Below, piece after piece: positions 10,955 through 21,357 of a DNA stretch of 64,000 bases (position 1 is its first letter; each line of letters opens with the position of its first letter). Under the pieces are notes generated by a model that was given only the letters and a program-made list of their open reading frames with translations, was not told the origin of the DNA and did no database searches. This DNA comes from an uncultured Verrucomicrobiae bacterium. GTDB lineage: Bacteria; Verrucomicrobiota; Verrucomicrobiia; Opitutales; JABDGR01. A program made the position numbers and the translations under genes. Where the stretch lies: assembly GCA_963765205.1 (NCBI GenBank), contig CAVXVB010000007.1, forward strand, positions 96,001 to 160,000, in the 5' to 3' direction.

Positions 10955-11302
10955 TCAGCGTGGCTTTTTCGGCGGGCGGGCCGGCGCGTGGCCGTAAGGG
11001 GCCGGGTCTTCGGCCACGCGCGGAGAGTCCAGCCGGGGCGCATCATAGGCCGACGCGGCCCGTTGCAGGGCATCCAACCGTTCGGAAATCCAATACTTGA
11101 TCATGGATTGCCGCGTGATGCCGAGGCGTCCGGCCTCGCGGTCGAGTGAGGCGACCATCCATTGTGGAAAGTCCACGTTGATGCGTTGCGCCTCGAGGCC
11201 CGGCCGGCGAGTAAGCGAGCGGTCTATATACGGAGTCATATCCACGCCGGCATCATGCAGGGCGTCGAGTTCTTCCGCGGTGAGTTGTTTTTTATTGGTC
11301 AT
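10955..11302 (-). CDS. brnA: BrnA-type (CopG/RHH) antitoxin
   Basis: RINVDFPQWMVASLDREAGRLGITRQSMIKYWISERL; start overlaps the toxin 3' end. Confidence 0.8.
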   Translation of the reverse strand: MTNKKQLTAEELDALHDAGVDMTPYIDRSLTRRPGLEAQRINVDFPQWMVASLDREAGRLGITRQSMIKYWISERLDALQRAASAYDAPRLDSPRVAEDPAPYGHAPARPPKKPR

Positions 11303-11555
11303 GATAACGCTCCTTTTCATATTTGCGCACGCGACGAACAGAGATCAGGCGGATGTTTTCTCCGCGATTGGTGAAAATGGCGGACCAAAGCGTGTCACCA
11401 ACCAGACCCACCATCTGGAATCTTGGCTCGGAAGGATTGGGCATGATGTCTTCGACGCGCTTCTCGTCCGCCCAGATAGCTTGGGCCTCGACAAAATCAA
11501 TCCCATGGTTGATTTTATTCGAGGCCGACTTGGCTGGATCAAACTCGAAGGGCGT
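11292..11555 (-). CDS. brnT: BrnT-family toxin (absent from ORF track; begins at ACG)
   Basis: Manual translation (T)PFEFDPAKSASNKINHGIDFVEAQAIW...IRLISVRRVRKYEKERY; in-frame TAA directly precedes ACG. Confidence 0.8.
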   Translation of the reverse strand, partial: TPFEFDPAKSASNKINHGIDFVEAQAIWADEKRVEDIMPNPSEPRFQMVGLVGDTLWSAIFTNRGENIRLISVRRVRKYEKERYHDQ

Positions 11556-11668
11556 TTATAGTATAGAAATAGCATACTTTTGGTGTATGTCAAGGGCTTT
11601 TTCGGCACAATTTGATTGACCTTTAATTCGACTGAACGATGATGTAAACTACCAACACAACACCTGCC

Positions 11669-12991
11669 ATGAGCCTGATCAGCGATGCCCTGAAGAAAGC
11701 CGAGCGCGACCGGCAGGCCGCGCAGGCGGCGGCCCAGGCGCCGGTGGCCGCACCACTGCCCCCGCCAGCCGCGCCTCCACCCACACCACAGCCCGTGGTG
11801 GTGACGCCGGCTCCCGCGCCCCTCAAGGTTGCGCCCAAGGTTCCGACGCCGATCCCGCTCCCGGTTAAGACGGTGCCGGCCCCGGTCGCGGCGAAGGTCG
11901 CGCCAGCAATAGTTGAGTCCGTGGAGATCGAGCCCAAAAAGTCGCCTGTGCGCGCGACGAATCGCCGGCCGATGATGTTTGCAGGCATCGGACTGTTAGT
12001 CGTGTTATTCGGATTGGGAGCGTATTTCCTGCTTCAGAGTGGAAATCCGCCGGAAAATGCTCCGCCGGTGAAAGTCGCGGCGAACCCGCCGCCGAAACCC
12101 GCCGCGCCCACGCCACCGCCGGCCATGGTTGCCGCGCAACCCGTGGCCCCGCCGCCGCTGCGACGCCCGATTGAAACGCCCCCACCCGCCATCAACGTTG
12201 CTTCGACCCCGGCGACGCCCACATCGGTTCCGGTGGTCGCGTCAATGCCTGCGCCCTTGCCGCCACCACCCAAACCGCAACCCGAACTGGCGATGGATAA
12301 TAAGCCGACCGAGCCGGTGGTTGCTGCGCCTGCGCAGCCGCCGGAGCAACCTCCAGCGCCTGTGGTGGCCATCTCGACTCCGCCTATTTCGACTCCTGCG
12401 CCTGTTGTAAGTCCTGCGGCTGTTTCCACGCCTGCGCCTGTTGCGGTCTCGCCCCCCGCGCCGGCTCCTGCGCCGGTCGTGGCCAGTTCGACGCCGAGCG
12501 TCGCACCGACTCCCGTTACGCCCGCACCCACGCCAATTTCGCCCGTTTCACTCCCGCTCCCGCCCAGCCCAGTGCCGACACAGGTTGCTTCGAGTCCTCC
12601 GCTGCCCATGCCCACGGCGACAGTGCCCGCTGCGACTTCGCCGACCGCGCCCATGTCCAGCCCGGTGCCACAGCCGGCACCCGCAGCGGTGCCGATTCCC
12701 GCCGTGGTTGCGCCACCGATGGTGGCGGTGGCCGCGCCGCCAGTCGCTCCCGCTATTCCGGCGGCTGCGCCCGCCGGCCCGAATCCCGCCGCGCAAGCCT
12801 TCGTGGATCAAATGCTGATCAATGGCGTGATGCTGGGCGCCGCCAATTCCCAACGCATTCTGGTGAAAGGCCAAACTTTCGGCAACGGCGATTTCGTAAA
12901 CCATGATTTGCAGTTGAAGCTCGCCGCCGTATTGCCGCACGATATTATTTTTGTCGATGGGTCCGGAATCCAATACCACAAGCGATACTAA
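11669..12991 (+). CDS. ExeB/GspB-like Pro-rich membrane protein
   Basis: MSLISDALKKAER start, TM helix, long Pro linker, small beta C-terminal domain; follows exeA. Confidence 0.7.
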   Translation: MSLISDALKKAERDRQAAQAAAQAPVAAPLPPPAAPPPTPQPVVVTPAPAPLKVAPKVPTPIPLPVKTVPAPVAAKVAPAIVESVEIEPKKSPVRATNRRPMMFAGIGLLVVLFGLGAYFLLQSGNPPENAPPVKVAANPPPKPAAPTPPPAMVAAQPVAPPPLRRPIETPPPAINVASTPATPTSVPVVASMPAPLPPPPKPQPELAMDNKPTEPVVAAPAQPPEQPPAPVVAISTPPISTPAPVVSPAAVSTPAPVAVSPPAPAPAPVVASSTPSVAPTPVTPAPTPISPVSLPLPPSPVPTQVASSPPLPMPTATVPAATSPTAPMSSPVPQPAPAAVPIPAVVAPPMVAVAAPPVAPAIPAAAPAGPNPAAQAFVDQMLINGVMLGAANSQRILVKGQTFGNGDFVNHDLQLKLAAVLPHDIIFVDGSGIQYHKRY

Positions 12992-13757
12992 TCCGAAGCC
13001 GCGGCTGCAAATTGCGCGCCCCAAGGAGGCGCCGGCCGCGCCGGAACCGGCATCGCCCGCCCCCGCGCCGGCCCCACCCGCCGCGTTGCCGCGCTTTGCC
13101 TTTGCCCGAAAAAAGGTCGTCGAGGAAGCGCCGCCCGCATCGCCCCCGACGGCGGCAGCACCGCCACCCGTGCCCCCGCCCGGGCCGGCCCCTGGGCGGC
13201 CCGCCTCCGGTTCGTCAGGCCTGCCGCTGAAACGCCCGCCGCCCGGCTCGCCGCTGATGGCGGCCAATGAACTCGCCGCACCCGATGGGCTGCAAACTGG
13301 GCCGTTGACGCGCGCCAGTTCGGCCACGCCATTTTCGGCCAAAGCGAAATCCAGGCCGGCGCCGCGCAGCCAGGTGCCGTTGCTGATCATTCTTGGCCTC
13401 CTGGTGTTGATCGTCGGGGGCGAATCCTACTATATTTTGATGCAGGATCAAAAGGACGCGGCCATCATCCAGGCCACGCCGCCGGTGGTCATCGGCGGCA
13501 ATGCGCCCGCGGCCAAGCCAACGGAAATCACCGCGAACGGCCCGGCGGAAACCGCCGCAGCCAAATATTTGCGGGCCATGCGGGTGGATTTTGTGGACGC
13601 CGGAGCCAGCCCCAAGCTGTCGGTCGGCGGCCAGATTTTTGAGCCGGGCCAAATTGTGGACAAGTCGACGGGGTTGAAATGGATGCTGATTGACGACAAG
13701 GCGCGACAATTGGAATTCGTGGATGGGCAGGGGCGGCACTACCTCATAAAATTTTAA
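12957..13757 (+). CDS. Pro-rich TM protein with GspB-like C-terminal domain
   Basis: C-terminus (GQIFEPGQIV...LEFVDGQGRHY) resembles that of the preceding gene. Confidence 0.55.
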   Translation: MGPESNTTSDTNPKPRLQIARPKEAPAAPEPASPAPAPAPPAALPRFAFARKKVVEEAPPASPPTAAAPPPVPPPGPAPGRPASGSSGLPLKRPPPGSPLMAANELAAPDGLQTGPLTRASSATPFSAKAKSRPAPRSQVPLLIILGLLVLIVGGESYYILMQDQKDAAIIQATPPVVIGGNAPAAKPTEITANGPAETAAAKYLRAMRVDFVDAGASPKLSVGGQIFEPGQIVDKSTGLKWMLIDDKARQLEFVDGQGRHYLIKF

Positions 13758-13868
13758 CGGGGTAAAGGGAGGGGGTGGGCGACATATGGAAATTTAATGT
13801 TTCCGCTCTAGCTTTTCCAGCGGGGACGGCTAACGTAGGGCCTTTCCGTCTTTTTACCCAACCCTGTC

Positions 13869-16670
13869 ATGGCTGCATCCGCCCCCAACCCGCCGGTTCC
13901 CGCCTCCGCACCGGGCCCGGGGAAAGAGTTCGCGCGGCTGGCGCCCGGCCAAAATGCGAGCGAAGCCTGGTTGCTCCAGGCGGCGAAGCTGGGCGCCCCC
14001 GAGCTGTTGGAGAAGCTACAAGTTTCGCCCGCCGGCCTGTCCTGGACGGCGGCGCGCGAACGCCTGGACGAATACGGGCACAACGTCGCGGTCCCGCACA
14101 AACTGGCGCCCTGGCCGCGGGTGCTCTGGCGCGCCTTTTGCAACCCCTTCAATTATATTCTATTGTTTTTGGCCATAATATCCTGGTTGACCGCCGACCC
14201 CGGCGACCCGGCGGCGGGCGATCCGGGCGACCCACGCTTTCTGGGGGTGCCCGACGACGCCCTGCTCATGTTCACAATGATCGCCGTTTCGACGATCCTG
14301 CGTTTCTGGCAGGAATACCGCTCGCAGGTGAAGGCGGACGTGCTGCGCAAAATGGTGCGCAACCTGGCCACCGTCTACCGCACGGAGAACGAGGGGGAAG
14401 AGCGCCAGCCGGACTCGATGGACCCGGCGGCCTCGGAAATTTTGATGCAGGACATAGCCCCCGGGGACATCGTCAAGCTTTCGGCCGGCGACATGATACC
14501 GGCCGAATGCCGCCTGCTGGAATCGCGCGATTTGTTTGTCAGCCAGTCCGCGCTCACCGGGGAGGCGATGCCGGTGGAAAAAGACGCGCGCCAGGGTGGC
14601 AATGAAGGGGGCGAAGGGGCGCTGCTGCAAACCCCCAATCTGTGTTTCATGGGCAGCTCCGTGGTCAGCGGCACGGCGAAGGCGGTGGTGCTGGCGACCG
14701 GGCCGAGCACGCAAATGGGCGCGCTGGCCTCGAAGCTGGTCGAGCAGCGCCCGCTGACCTCGTTTGACATTGGCGTCAACAAGGTCAGCATGCTGTTGAT
14801 CAAATTCATGGTCGTGATGGTGCCGATCGTCATCCTGATCAACGGCCTGACCACCAAAGGCGGCAGCGACGAGACGCTGGCCAAACACTGGCTGGAAGCC
14901 GGCATGTTTGGCGTGGCGGTGGCCGTGGGGCTGGTGCCGGAGATGCTGCCGATGATCGTCAACACCAACCTGGCGCGCGGCGCGGTGGCCATGGCCCGCG
15001 AAAAAGTCGTGGTCAAGCGCATCAACGCCATCCAGAACTTCGGAGCCATGGACGTGCTTTGCACGGACAAGACCGGCACGCTGACCCAGGACCGGGTGGC
15101 GCTGATCAAGCACCTCGACGTGCACGGGGAGGAGCGCGCGGAGGTGCTGGAAAAGGCCTATCTTAATAGTTTATATCAATCCGGATTAAAAAACCTGATT
15201 GACCGGGCGGTGATTGACCACGCGCGACTGTTCCCCGCCATGCAGGACGCGGCGCAGGCCTACGCGCGCATTGACGAGCTGCCGTTCGACTTTTTCCGCC
15301 GGCGCATGTCGGTGGTGATCAAGCCGACGAACGGCAGCGGGCCGACGCTGCTGGTGTGCAAGGGGGCGGTGGACGAGATGCTCGAAATCTGCTCCCACGT
15401 CGTCGAGGACGGCCGGGTGGCCCCGCTGTCGGATGAAACGGTCGCCTGCCTGCGCCAATTGCGCGACGACAACAACAACGACGGGCTGCGGCTGGTGGGC
15501 GTGGCCTATAAGGAGGTGACCAAGGCGGCTGGGGAATATAAAATCGCGGACGAGAGCGACCTGACCTTCAGTGGCTACATTGCGTTCCTTGACCCGGCTA
15601 AGGACAGCGCGCCGGAGGCGCTCCGGCTGCTGCGCTCACACGGCGTGGCGGTGATAATCCTCACCGGCGACAACGCCCTGGTGGCGCGCAAAGTCTGCCA
15701 CGACGTGGAATTGGAGGTGGAGGGGGTGGTGGTGGGCGAAGAGTTGAAAGCGTGGACGCCGCAGGACTGGAAAGAGCGCATCGAGCACACGACCATTTTC
15801 GCCAAGCTCACGCCCTCGCAAAAGGCCGACGTGGTGCGCGCGCTCAAGAAAAACGGCCACACGGTGGGCTTCATGGGGGACGGGATCAACGACTCGCTGG
15901 CGCTGCGCGAGGCGGACGTGGGGATATCGGTGGACACGGGCGTGGACATCGCGAAAGAGGCGGCGGACATCATCCTGCTGGAAAAGAGCCTGCTGGTGCT
16001 GGAGCGCGGCGTCATCTGGGGCCGCATCACCTACGGCAACATCATCAAGTATATCAAGATGGCGGCCAGCTCGAATTTTGGGAATGTTTTCAGCATGTTG
16101 GTGGCGAGCGCCTTCCTGCCCTTCTACCCCATGCTGCCGGTGCAGATCCTGCTGCAAAATCTTTTTTACGACATTTCACAAATCGCCATCCCGTGGGATC
16201 GGATGGACGAGGACTGGTTGAAAATTCCGCGGCGCTGGGCGCCGGGCAGCATCGCCCGCTACATGGTCTGCATCGGCCCGATCAGCTCGATTTTCGACAT
16301 CACCACGTTTCTGGGGATGTGGTATCTCTTCGGCGTGGGCCTGAACCCGGCGGACGAGCACAACATCTCGCTGTTCCAGTCGGCCTGGTTTGTCGAGGGG
16401 CTGATCACGCAGACGCTGATCGTGCACATGATCCGCACGGAAAAAATCCCTTTCGTGCAAAGTCGGGCGTCCACGCCGGTGATCCTGCTCACGCTGTCCG
16501 TCATTGCGGCGGGGTGCTACCTGCCGTTTTCGCCGATGGCGAAGGCGATCCGGATGGTGGCGCTGCCGCCGGCCTACTGGCCGTTGCTGGCCGCGACGAT
16601 CTTCGGCTACTGCGTGCTGACGCAAATCGGCAAGCACTACTACATCAAGAAGTTTAAGGAGTGGATGTGA
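13869..16670 (+). CDS. mgtA: Mg2+-transporting P-type ATPase
   Basis: TGEAMPVEK, PEMLPMIV, DKTGTLT, GDGIND, ASSNFGNVFS. Confidence 0.95.
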   Translation: MAASAPNPPVPASAPGPGKEFARLAPGQNASEAWLLQAAKLGAPELLEKLQVSPAGLSWTAARERLDEYGHNVAVPHKLAPWPRVLWRAFCNPFNYILLFLAIISWLTADPGDPAAGDPGDPRFLGVPDDALLMFTMIAVSTILRFWQEYRSQVKADVLRKMVRNLATVYRTENEGEERQPDSMDPAASEILMQDIAPGDIVKLSAGDMIPAECRLLESRDLFVSQSALTGEAMPVEKDARQGGNEGGEGALLQTPNLCFMGSSVVSGTAKAVVLATGPSTQMGALASKLVEQRPLTSFDIGVNKVSMLLIKFMVVMVPIVILINGLTTKGGSDETLAKHWLEAGMFGVAVAVGLVPEMLPMIVNTNLARGAVAMAREKVVVKRINAIQNFGAMDVLCTDKTGTLTQDRVALIKHLDVHGEERAEVLEKAYLNSLYQSGLKNLIDRAVIDHARLFPAMQDAAQAYARIDELPFDFFRRRMSVVIKPTNGSGPTLLVCKGAVDEMLEICSHVVEDGRVAPLSDETVACLRQLRDDNNNDGLRLVGVAYKEVTKAAGEYKIADESDLTFSGYIAFLDPAKDSAPEALRLLRSHGVAVIILTGDNALVARKVCHDVELEVEGVVVGEELKAWTPQDWKERIEHTTIFAKLTPSQKADVVRALKKNGHTVGFMGDGINDSLALREADVGISVDTGVDIAKEAADIILLEKSLLVLERGVIWGRITYGNIIKYIKMAASSNFGNVFSMLVASAFLPFYPMLPVQILLQNLFYDISQIAIPWDRMDEDWLKIPRRWAPGSIARYMVCIGPISSIFDITTFLGMWYLFGVGLNPADEHNISLFQSAWFVEGLITQTLIVHMIRTEKIPFVQSRASTPVILLTLSVIAAGCYLPFSPMAKAIRMVALPPAYWPLLAATIFGYCVLTQIGKHYYIKKFKEWM

Positions 16671-16676
16671 GGGGGA

Positions 16677-16764
16677 GGGACAGAGGGACAGAGGGACAGA
16701 GGGACAGAGGGACAGAGGGACAGAGGGACAGAGGGACAGAGGGACAGAGGGACAGAGGGACAGA
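16677..16764 (+). repeat. (GGGACAGA)x11 tandem repeat; left arm of composite element to ~16910
   Basis: 11 units counted; followed by TTCAGCAATCAG core and an inverted CTCTGTGCCTCTGCTCCTTTGTCCC arm. Confidence 0.95.
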
Positions 16765-16912
16765 GGCTGAAGAGCGTAGGCGGGATTGATTTTTGTCGAG
16801 TGCGAAATTAATTCTGCACAATCTAATTTCTTGATTGTTCAGCAATCAGGACTCAGCAATCAGAAATTTTCCTCAGCCGCCTCTGTGCCTCTGCTCCTTT
16901 GTCCCTTCCGCC

Positions 16913-18416
16913 TCAGTCGCCCAGCTCGAAGAAGGCGCGGAGGTGGCGAATGATGCTTTCGCGGGATTTCGGGGGGCGCGGCCGGGGCGGCGCCGGGCAT
17001 TGGCTCGACGTTGGCCTGCTGGCGTTGGGCCAGCAGCTCGCCGAGCCGGTTGAGGACTTCGGGGTTGTGGCGCACGAAGGCCGAAAAGGCCGCATGGGTG
17101 ATTTCGACGGCCTCGACTTCCGCCAGCGCCACCACCGTGGCCGACCGGCGTTCCCCGGTGAGCACCGACATTTCGCCGAGGCAGTCGCCAGGGCCGAGTT
17201 GGGTGACGACCTTCGTCACGCCGTTGCGCGCGACGCGGACATCCACGTAGCCCTGGACGACGAGGAACATGCTCGCGCCGTGTTCGCCCTGTTCGACGAG
17301 CGGCTCGGCGGGGGCAAAGAGCACGACGGAGCTGTGCTGCACCAAGTCGTCCACCTGGGCGGTGGAGAGGAAACTGAAGATGGAATGGGCCCGCAGGGCG
17401 GCGGCGGCGGCGGCGCGGGCCTCGGCGGCGGGGTCGCGCGGGCCGGGCTGGTGGAGGGTGATGGTGGGGAAGGGAATTTCCATGCCGGCGCGGCGCACGG
17501 CATACCAGCAATGGGAAAGCACCTCGCTCGTCACGCGGTTCATCAGCCGGTGGTCCTCGACCCAAAATTTGATTTCATAATTAACGGAGGAGGCGGCGAA
17601 CTCCTTGATGTAAACTTCCGGTGGCGGCTCGGGGCAGACACCCGGCACCGTGATGGCGGCGTGGCGCAGCACGATCAGCGCGCGCGCAGGCGGCACGTTG
17701 TAGTGCAACCCGAGGGCCGCGCGCAGGGCGTGGCGCGGCGCCGGTTGGTGAAAATTAATGATGGGGCGCTTGACGAGGTCGCTGTTGGGCACTTCGAGGA
17801 CGACTTCGTCGTTGGTGAGCAGGCGGGTCGAGCGCCAGGCGACTTCGAGAACGCGCGCATGGTAAGTGTCCACCAGCAGCCAGTCGCCGACTTTGAAGGG
17901 CTTCGAGACGTAAAGGGCGAAGCCGGCCAGGATGTTGCCCAGCAAGTCCTGCATCGCAAAACCGATGATGAAGGCCGCGACGCCGGAGCCAGCGAGGAGG
18001 GTGGTGGGGAGCGTGTTCTTGTAAATAACGCTCCAGACCACCACCGCTGCAGCGAGGAGGACGAGGAGGCCGGTGGTGTCCGCCAGCAGGCGCGGGGCGT
18101 CGGCGCGGCGGCCGTCAGGTAGGGTGCGCGTCCAGAGCACGCGATTGAGCAGCGCGATGAGGGGGAAGGCGGAGAGGAGGACGGTGATCGCGCCGACGTT
18201 GAGGACGAGGTTGGGATTCCAGGAAGGGACCCAGCCGGAGAGGGTGAGGCCGCCCAGGAGCGCGGCGGCGGCGGCGAAGGCGTGGTAGAAGCGGCCGAAC
18301 TGGAGGTTGTGCGAGCGGCGGAGCAATTGCGCGCACCCGATGAGCGCGAGGTAATAAACGAGGCCCGCGACGGCCAGCACGAGCGTCTGGTGCAAAGTGG
18401 GAAACGGAAGTTTCAT
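16913..18416 (-). CDS. MscS mechanosensitive channel with cNMP-binding domain (frameshift near C-terminus)
   Basis: GFAMQDLLGNILAG, PFKVGDW, LGPGDCLGEMSVLTGERRSATV; natural end SRESIIRHLRAFFELGD in another frame. Confidence 0.85.
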
Positions 18417-18540
18417 GCCGGTAGATTGCGGCCCCAATAAAGTGGGTCGGCCGCGCGGTGTCACGATAATCCGCCGGCGTTGAAACGGGGTTGTCAAGCG
18501 GGGGGCGCGGGACTAGGGTGGGCGTAACTCCCCAAGGCGA

Positions 18541-18623
18541 TTCACCGCCAAGGCGCGGAGGGCGCAAAGAAAGGATGCCGAATTAAAAATCCTCCTTTAC
18601 GTTCTTCGCGTCTTTGCGGTGAA
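18541..18623. repeat. TTCACCGC...GCGGTGAA 9-mer hairpin family
   Basis: Inverted arms; related copies at 21151-21224, 23866-23944 and 39717-39799. Confidence 0.75.
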
Positions 18624-18664
18624 TGGTCTTGAGGTTAGCCGCACCTCCCGCCCCGCCTGCGCCC

Positions 18665-19372
18665 ATGAAAGAAATCCCCCTCCGCGAGTTGATGAGCATG
18701 GCCGACCCCGACGCGCATGAGGGGATCGGCGAATTGTGGAACCAGAAGACCATCCACTATCTCGTCGTATTCACCAGCGCGGACGCGGATTTCGAGATCA
18801 TCGGCGTGGGGCCGACGCTGCCGTATGCCACTTTGGAGGCGGCCGGCCAGCATCACATTCCGGGAAAAATGGCGGAGTATTACATCAAGTGCCCCGGCGC
18901 GATTGCCGGGCGGCTGCAACCGAAGCTCGCGCCGGGGCCGAGGCGATCGGCAACGCCGTCGCCGCTACCTGCGGCGCGGAGCAGGGAGCAGGGAGCGGGG
19001 AGCGGGGAGCGGAAAACGCCAATAATGGAAGATGGAAAAAGGAAAATGGAAGAAACGGCAGCCGCGACGCCGGTCGCCGACCCCGCCACGCCCTGCCCAA
19101 AACTCGAAACCCAAAACTCGAAACCCGAAACTATTTCCCCGGCCGCCCGACCCGCAACTGCTACTCCCGTCGCGCAACCTGCAACTTGCAACCTGCAACC
19201 CGCAACCCCGCCCGATTTAGCCGCCCGCGAAAAAGCCATCGGGCAGCGCGAGCAGGAATTGGCCGCGCTGTTCGACAGCCTGAAAATCCGCGAAGCGTCC
19301 TTGCGCGAGCGGGAAACAGCCATCGCGGCCATGGAAGAGCGATTGCTCAACCCGACGCGAAAATCCGAATAA
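18665..19372 (+). CDS. Hypothetical protein with C-terminal coiled coil and in-frame heptamer repeats
   Basis: Globular N-terminus, repeat-derived linker, AREKAIGQREQEL coiled coil. Confidence 0.6.
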   Translation: MKEIPLRELMSMADPDAHEGIGELWNQKTIHYLVVFTSADADFEIIGVGPTLPYATLEAAGQHHIPGKMAEYYIKCPGAIAGRLQPKLAPGPRRSATPSPLPAARSREQGAGSGERKTPIMEDGKRKMEETAAATPVADPATPCPKLETQNSKPETISPAARPATATPVAQPATCNLQPATPPDLAAREKAIGQREQELAALFDSLKIREASLRERETAIAAMEERLLNPTRKSE

Positions 19373-19394
19373 CCCCCACTTTTTGGCAACGGCC

Positions 19395-20075
19395 ATGAAA
19401 AAAATTCTTGGTGCGATGGCGGCTCTCGCCGTGGCTGGAGCCCTACTTTGGTGGTTTAAGCATTCCGCCCAAGACGCTTCCGCGCCTGGCAAAGGCGCCA
19501 CGGTCGCCCCATTGGCACCAAGTCAAGGTGCCCAAGCCAAGCCTAACCAAGTCGCGCTAGCCACTTACCCGCCCGCGCCGGTGGTGGCGGACTGGCCGAA
19601 TGTTCCGTTGCACCGAGGGATTCCGTTTGCCCTGAACCCCGATCCCAAAGCAACCGCTGACCCGCGCGCGGAACTCAAATCCGCGATTGATGATATGGTG
19701 CGCCGGCTCGAAACGGGCGATGATATTGGATTCATCCAGCTCGATGAAGCGCCCGGCATGATCGCTTCTTGGGAAAGGGATATTACCCAGGCCGATATAG
19801 ACAGCAGTCCAAATATCAAGGCTTATTATCAACAAAAGTTGGCATATCTGCGGTTGTTTCAGCGCGCTTGGCCCGCCAGAACTGGGACCACACCGGAAGG
19901 GGAGGTGGTCGAATTTGAAATACCGGTGGCTATCAGTACCGAAACCTCTCCCGATGGGATTGTTATCGATGTTGCCGTGCCACGAAGTGGGGATAATGGG
20001 GCGGGGGCCAAAGAAGGCGCCTTTGCCGATGGCTGGTTTATAAAAATCAACGGCCTTTGGTATGACGATGATTAG
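19395..20075 (+). CDS. Membrane-anchored protein of the 'KIDGxWY' paralog family
   Basis: ELKSAIDDMVRRLETGD and FIKINGLWY shared with genes at 21358-23374. Confidence 0.65.
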   Translation: MKKILGAMAALAVAGALLWWFKHSAQDASAPGKGATVAPLAPSQGAQAKPNQVALATYPPAPVVADWPNVPLHRGIPFALNPDPKATADPRAELKSAIDDMVRRLETGDDIGFIQLDEAPGMIASWERDITQADIDSSPNIKAYYQQKLAYLRLFQRAWPARTGTTPEGEVVEFEIPVAISTETSPDGIVIDVAVPRSGDNGAGAKEGAFADGWFIKINGLWYDDD

Positions 20076-20133
20076 CTCAACATTTTCGTCGCCGAAATTT
20101 TGACAAAGCGCGGCGAGTGACATACGGTGAAAC

Positions 20134-20658
20134 ATGCACCGCAAAGTTTTCCGCGTCGTTTGGGTTCCGCTGCTATTCACGCTCGCGGGCTGCGGGCAGT
20201 CGGCCGCACCGCCGGCGGCGGCTGCGCCCGCGACGGGGCCGGTGGACGCGGAGATTCCGTCCATCATGAATGGGAGCCAGCAGGTGGTCCAGGTCACGGC
20301 GGAGGATGCGATGCGCTTCAACGGCAATCGCTTCACGGTGCATACGGGGCAGGCGGTGCGGGTCGAGCTGACGAATATCGGGCACCGGCCGCGCGTGGAA
20401 ATGGAGCATGACTTTGTCATCCTGCAACCGGGGACGGATGCGCGGATGTTCAACCTCACCACGGCCCAGGCGAAGGCGGCGGGGTATTTGCCGCCGGAGC
20501 AGATGGACAAGGTCTTCGCGCACACGGAGCTGGCCGGGCCGGGGCAGCTGGTGGCGGTGGAGTTCACCGCGCCCGCGCCGGGGAAATACCCGTTTTTGTG
20601 TAATTTTCCCGGTCATTACGCCGCCGGGATGCACGGGACGATGACGGTGGAGCCGTGA
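20134..20658 (+). CDS. Azurin/auracyanin-like blue copper lipoprotein
   Basis: Lipobox LAGC; MEHDFV; CNFPGHYAAGM copper-ligand motif. Confidence 0.9.
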   Translation: MHRKVFRVVWVPLLFTLAGCGQSAAPPAAAAPATGPVDAEIPSIMNGSQQVVQVTAEDAMRFNGNRFTVHTGQAVRVELTNIGHRPRVEMEHDFVILQPGTDARMFNLTTAQAKAAGYLPPEQMDKVFAHTELAGPGQLVAVEFTAPAPGKYPFLCNFPGHYAAGMHGTMTVEP

Positions 20659-20879
20659 GGAGGGAAGAGGAGGAAATGCGGAATGCGGAAAAGAGAAAGC
20701 CGATAGATGATTTTGCGCGGGTTGGCCACGCAAAGCATTCCAGGAGGGGGCGGAATTCAGCATTCAGAACCCAGCATTCAGCAATAGCACTGGCACGCTC
20801 TATGCTCAGTTTAACGAAGACAGACCCTATCGGATGATGTTCTCGATGGGACGCTGCCTTGCCGCCGCATTGGTTCGCC

Positions 20880-21143
20880 ATGAAAAAGTCCGTTTACGTG
20901 GGCAATTTGCCCTTCTCCGCCACTGAAACCGAAATTCACGACCTGTTCGCCGGATTCAGCCCGGTGTATGGGGTGAAGATTATCGTGGATCGGGAGACGA
21001 ACCGTTCGCGCGGCTTCGCCTTTGTCGAGGTGGACGCCGACAAGGCGGAGGCGGCGATCAAGGGGCTGGAGGGCAAGGACATGAAGGGCCGGCCGTTGAA
21101 GGTGAACGAGGCGCGGCACCGGGTCAAAGTTGGCGCGGTGTGA
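20880..21143 (+). CDS. RRM RNA-binding protein
   Basis: RNP2 VYVGNL, RNP1 RGFAFVEV, GRPLKVNEA. Confidence 0.92.
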   Translation: MKKSVYVGNLPFSATETEIHDLFAGFSPVYGVKIIVDRETNRSRGFAFVEVDADKAEAAIKGLEGKDMKGRPLKVNEARHRVKVGAV

Positions 21144-21357
21144 GGAGGGGTTCACCGCCAAGTCGCGAAGATCGCCAAGGCTGATTTTTTTGGCAGAATT
21201 TATTCCTGGCGTCCGGGCGGTGAAATAGGGAGCGGGGTGGACAAGGTGACGTTATAAACAGGAGGCTGATTTATTCTGGGCAAAGCAGGGAATTTGTCGT
21301 AAACAGACAGGCGAGGGCCGACCCGCGGCCGGGCCGGCGCCCGGCCCACTTTTTCTT

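Noticed and set aside
13757..13869. M-box riboswitch or MgtL leader upstream of mgtA
   Set aside because: Only ~110 nt; no recognisable aptamer or Pro-rich leader ORF.
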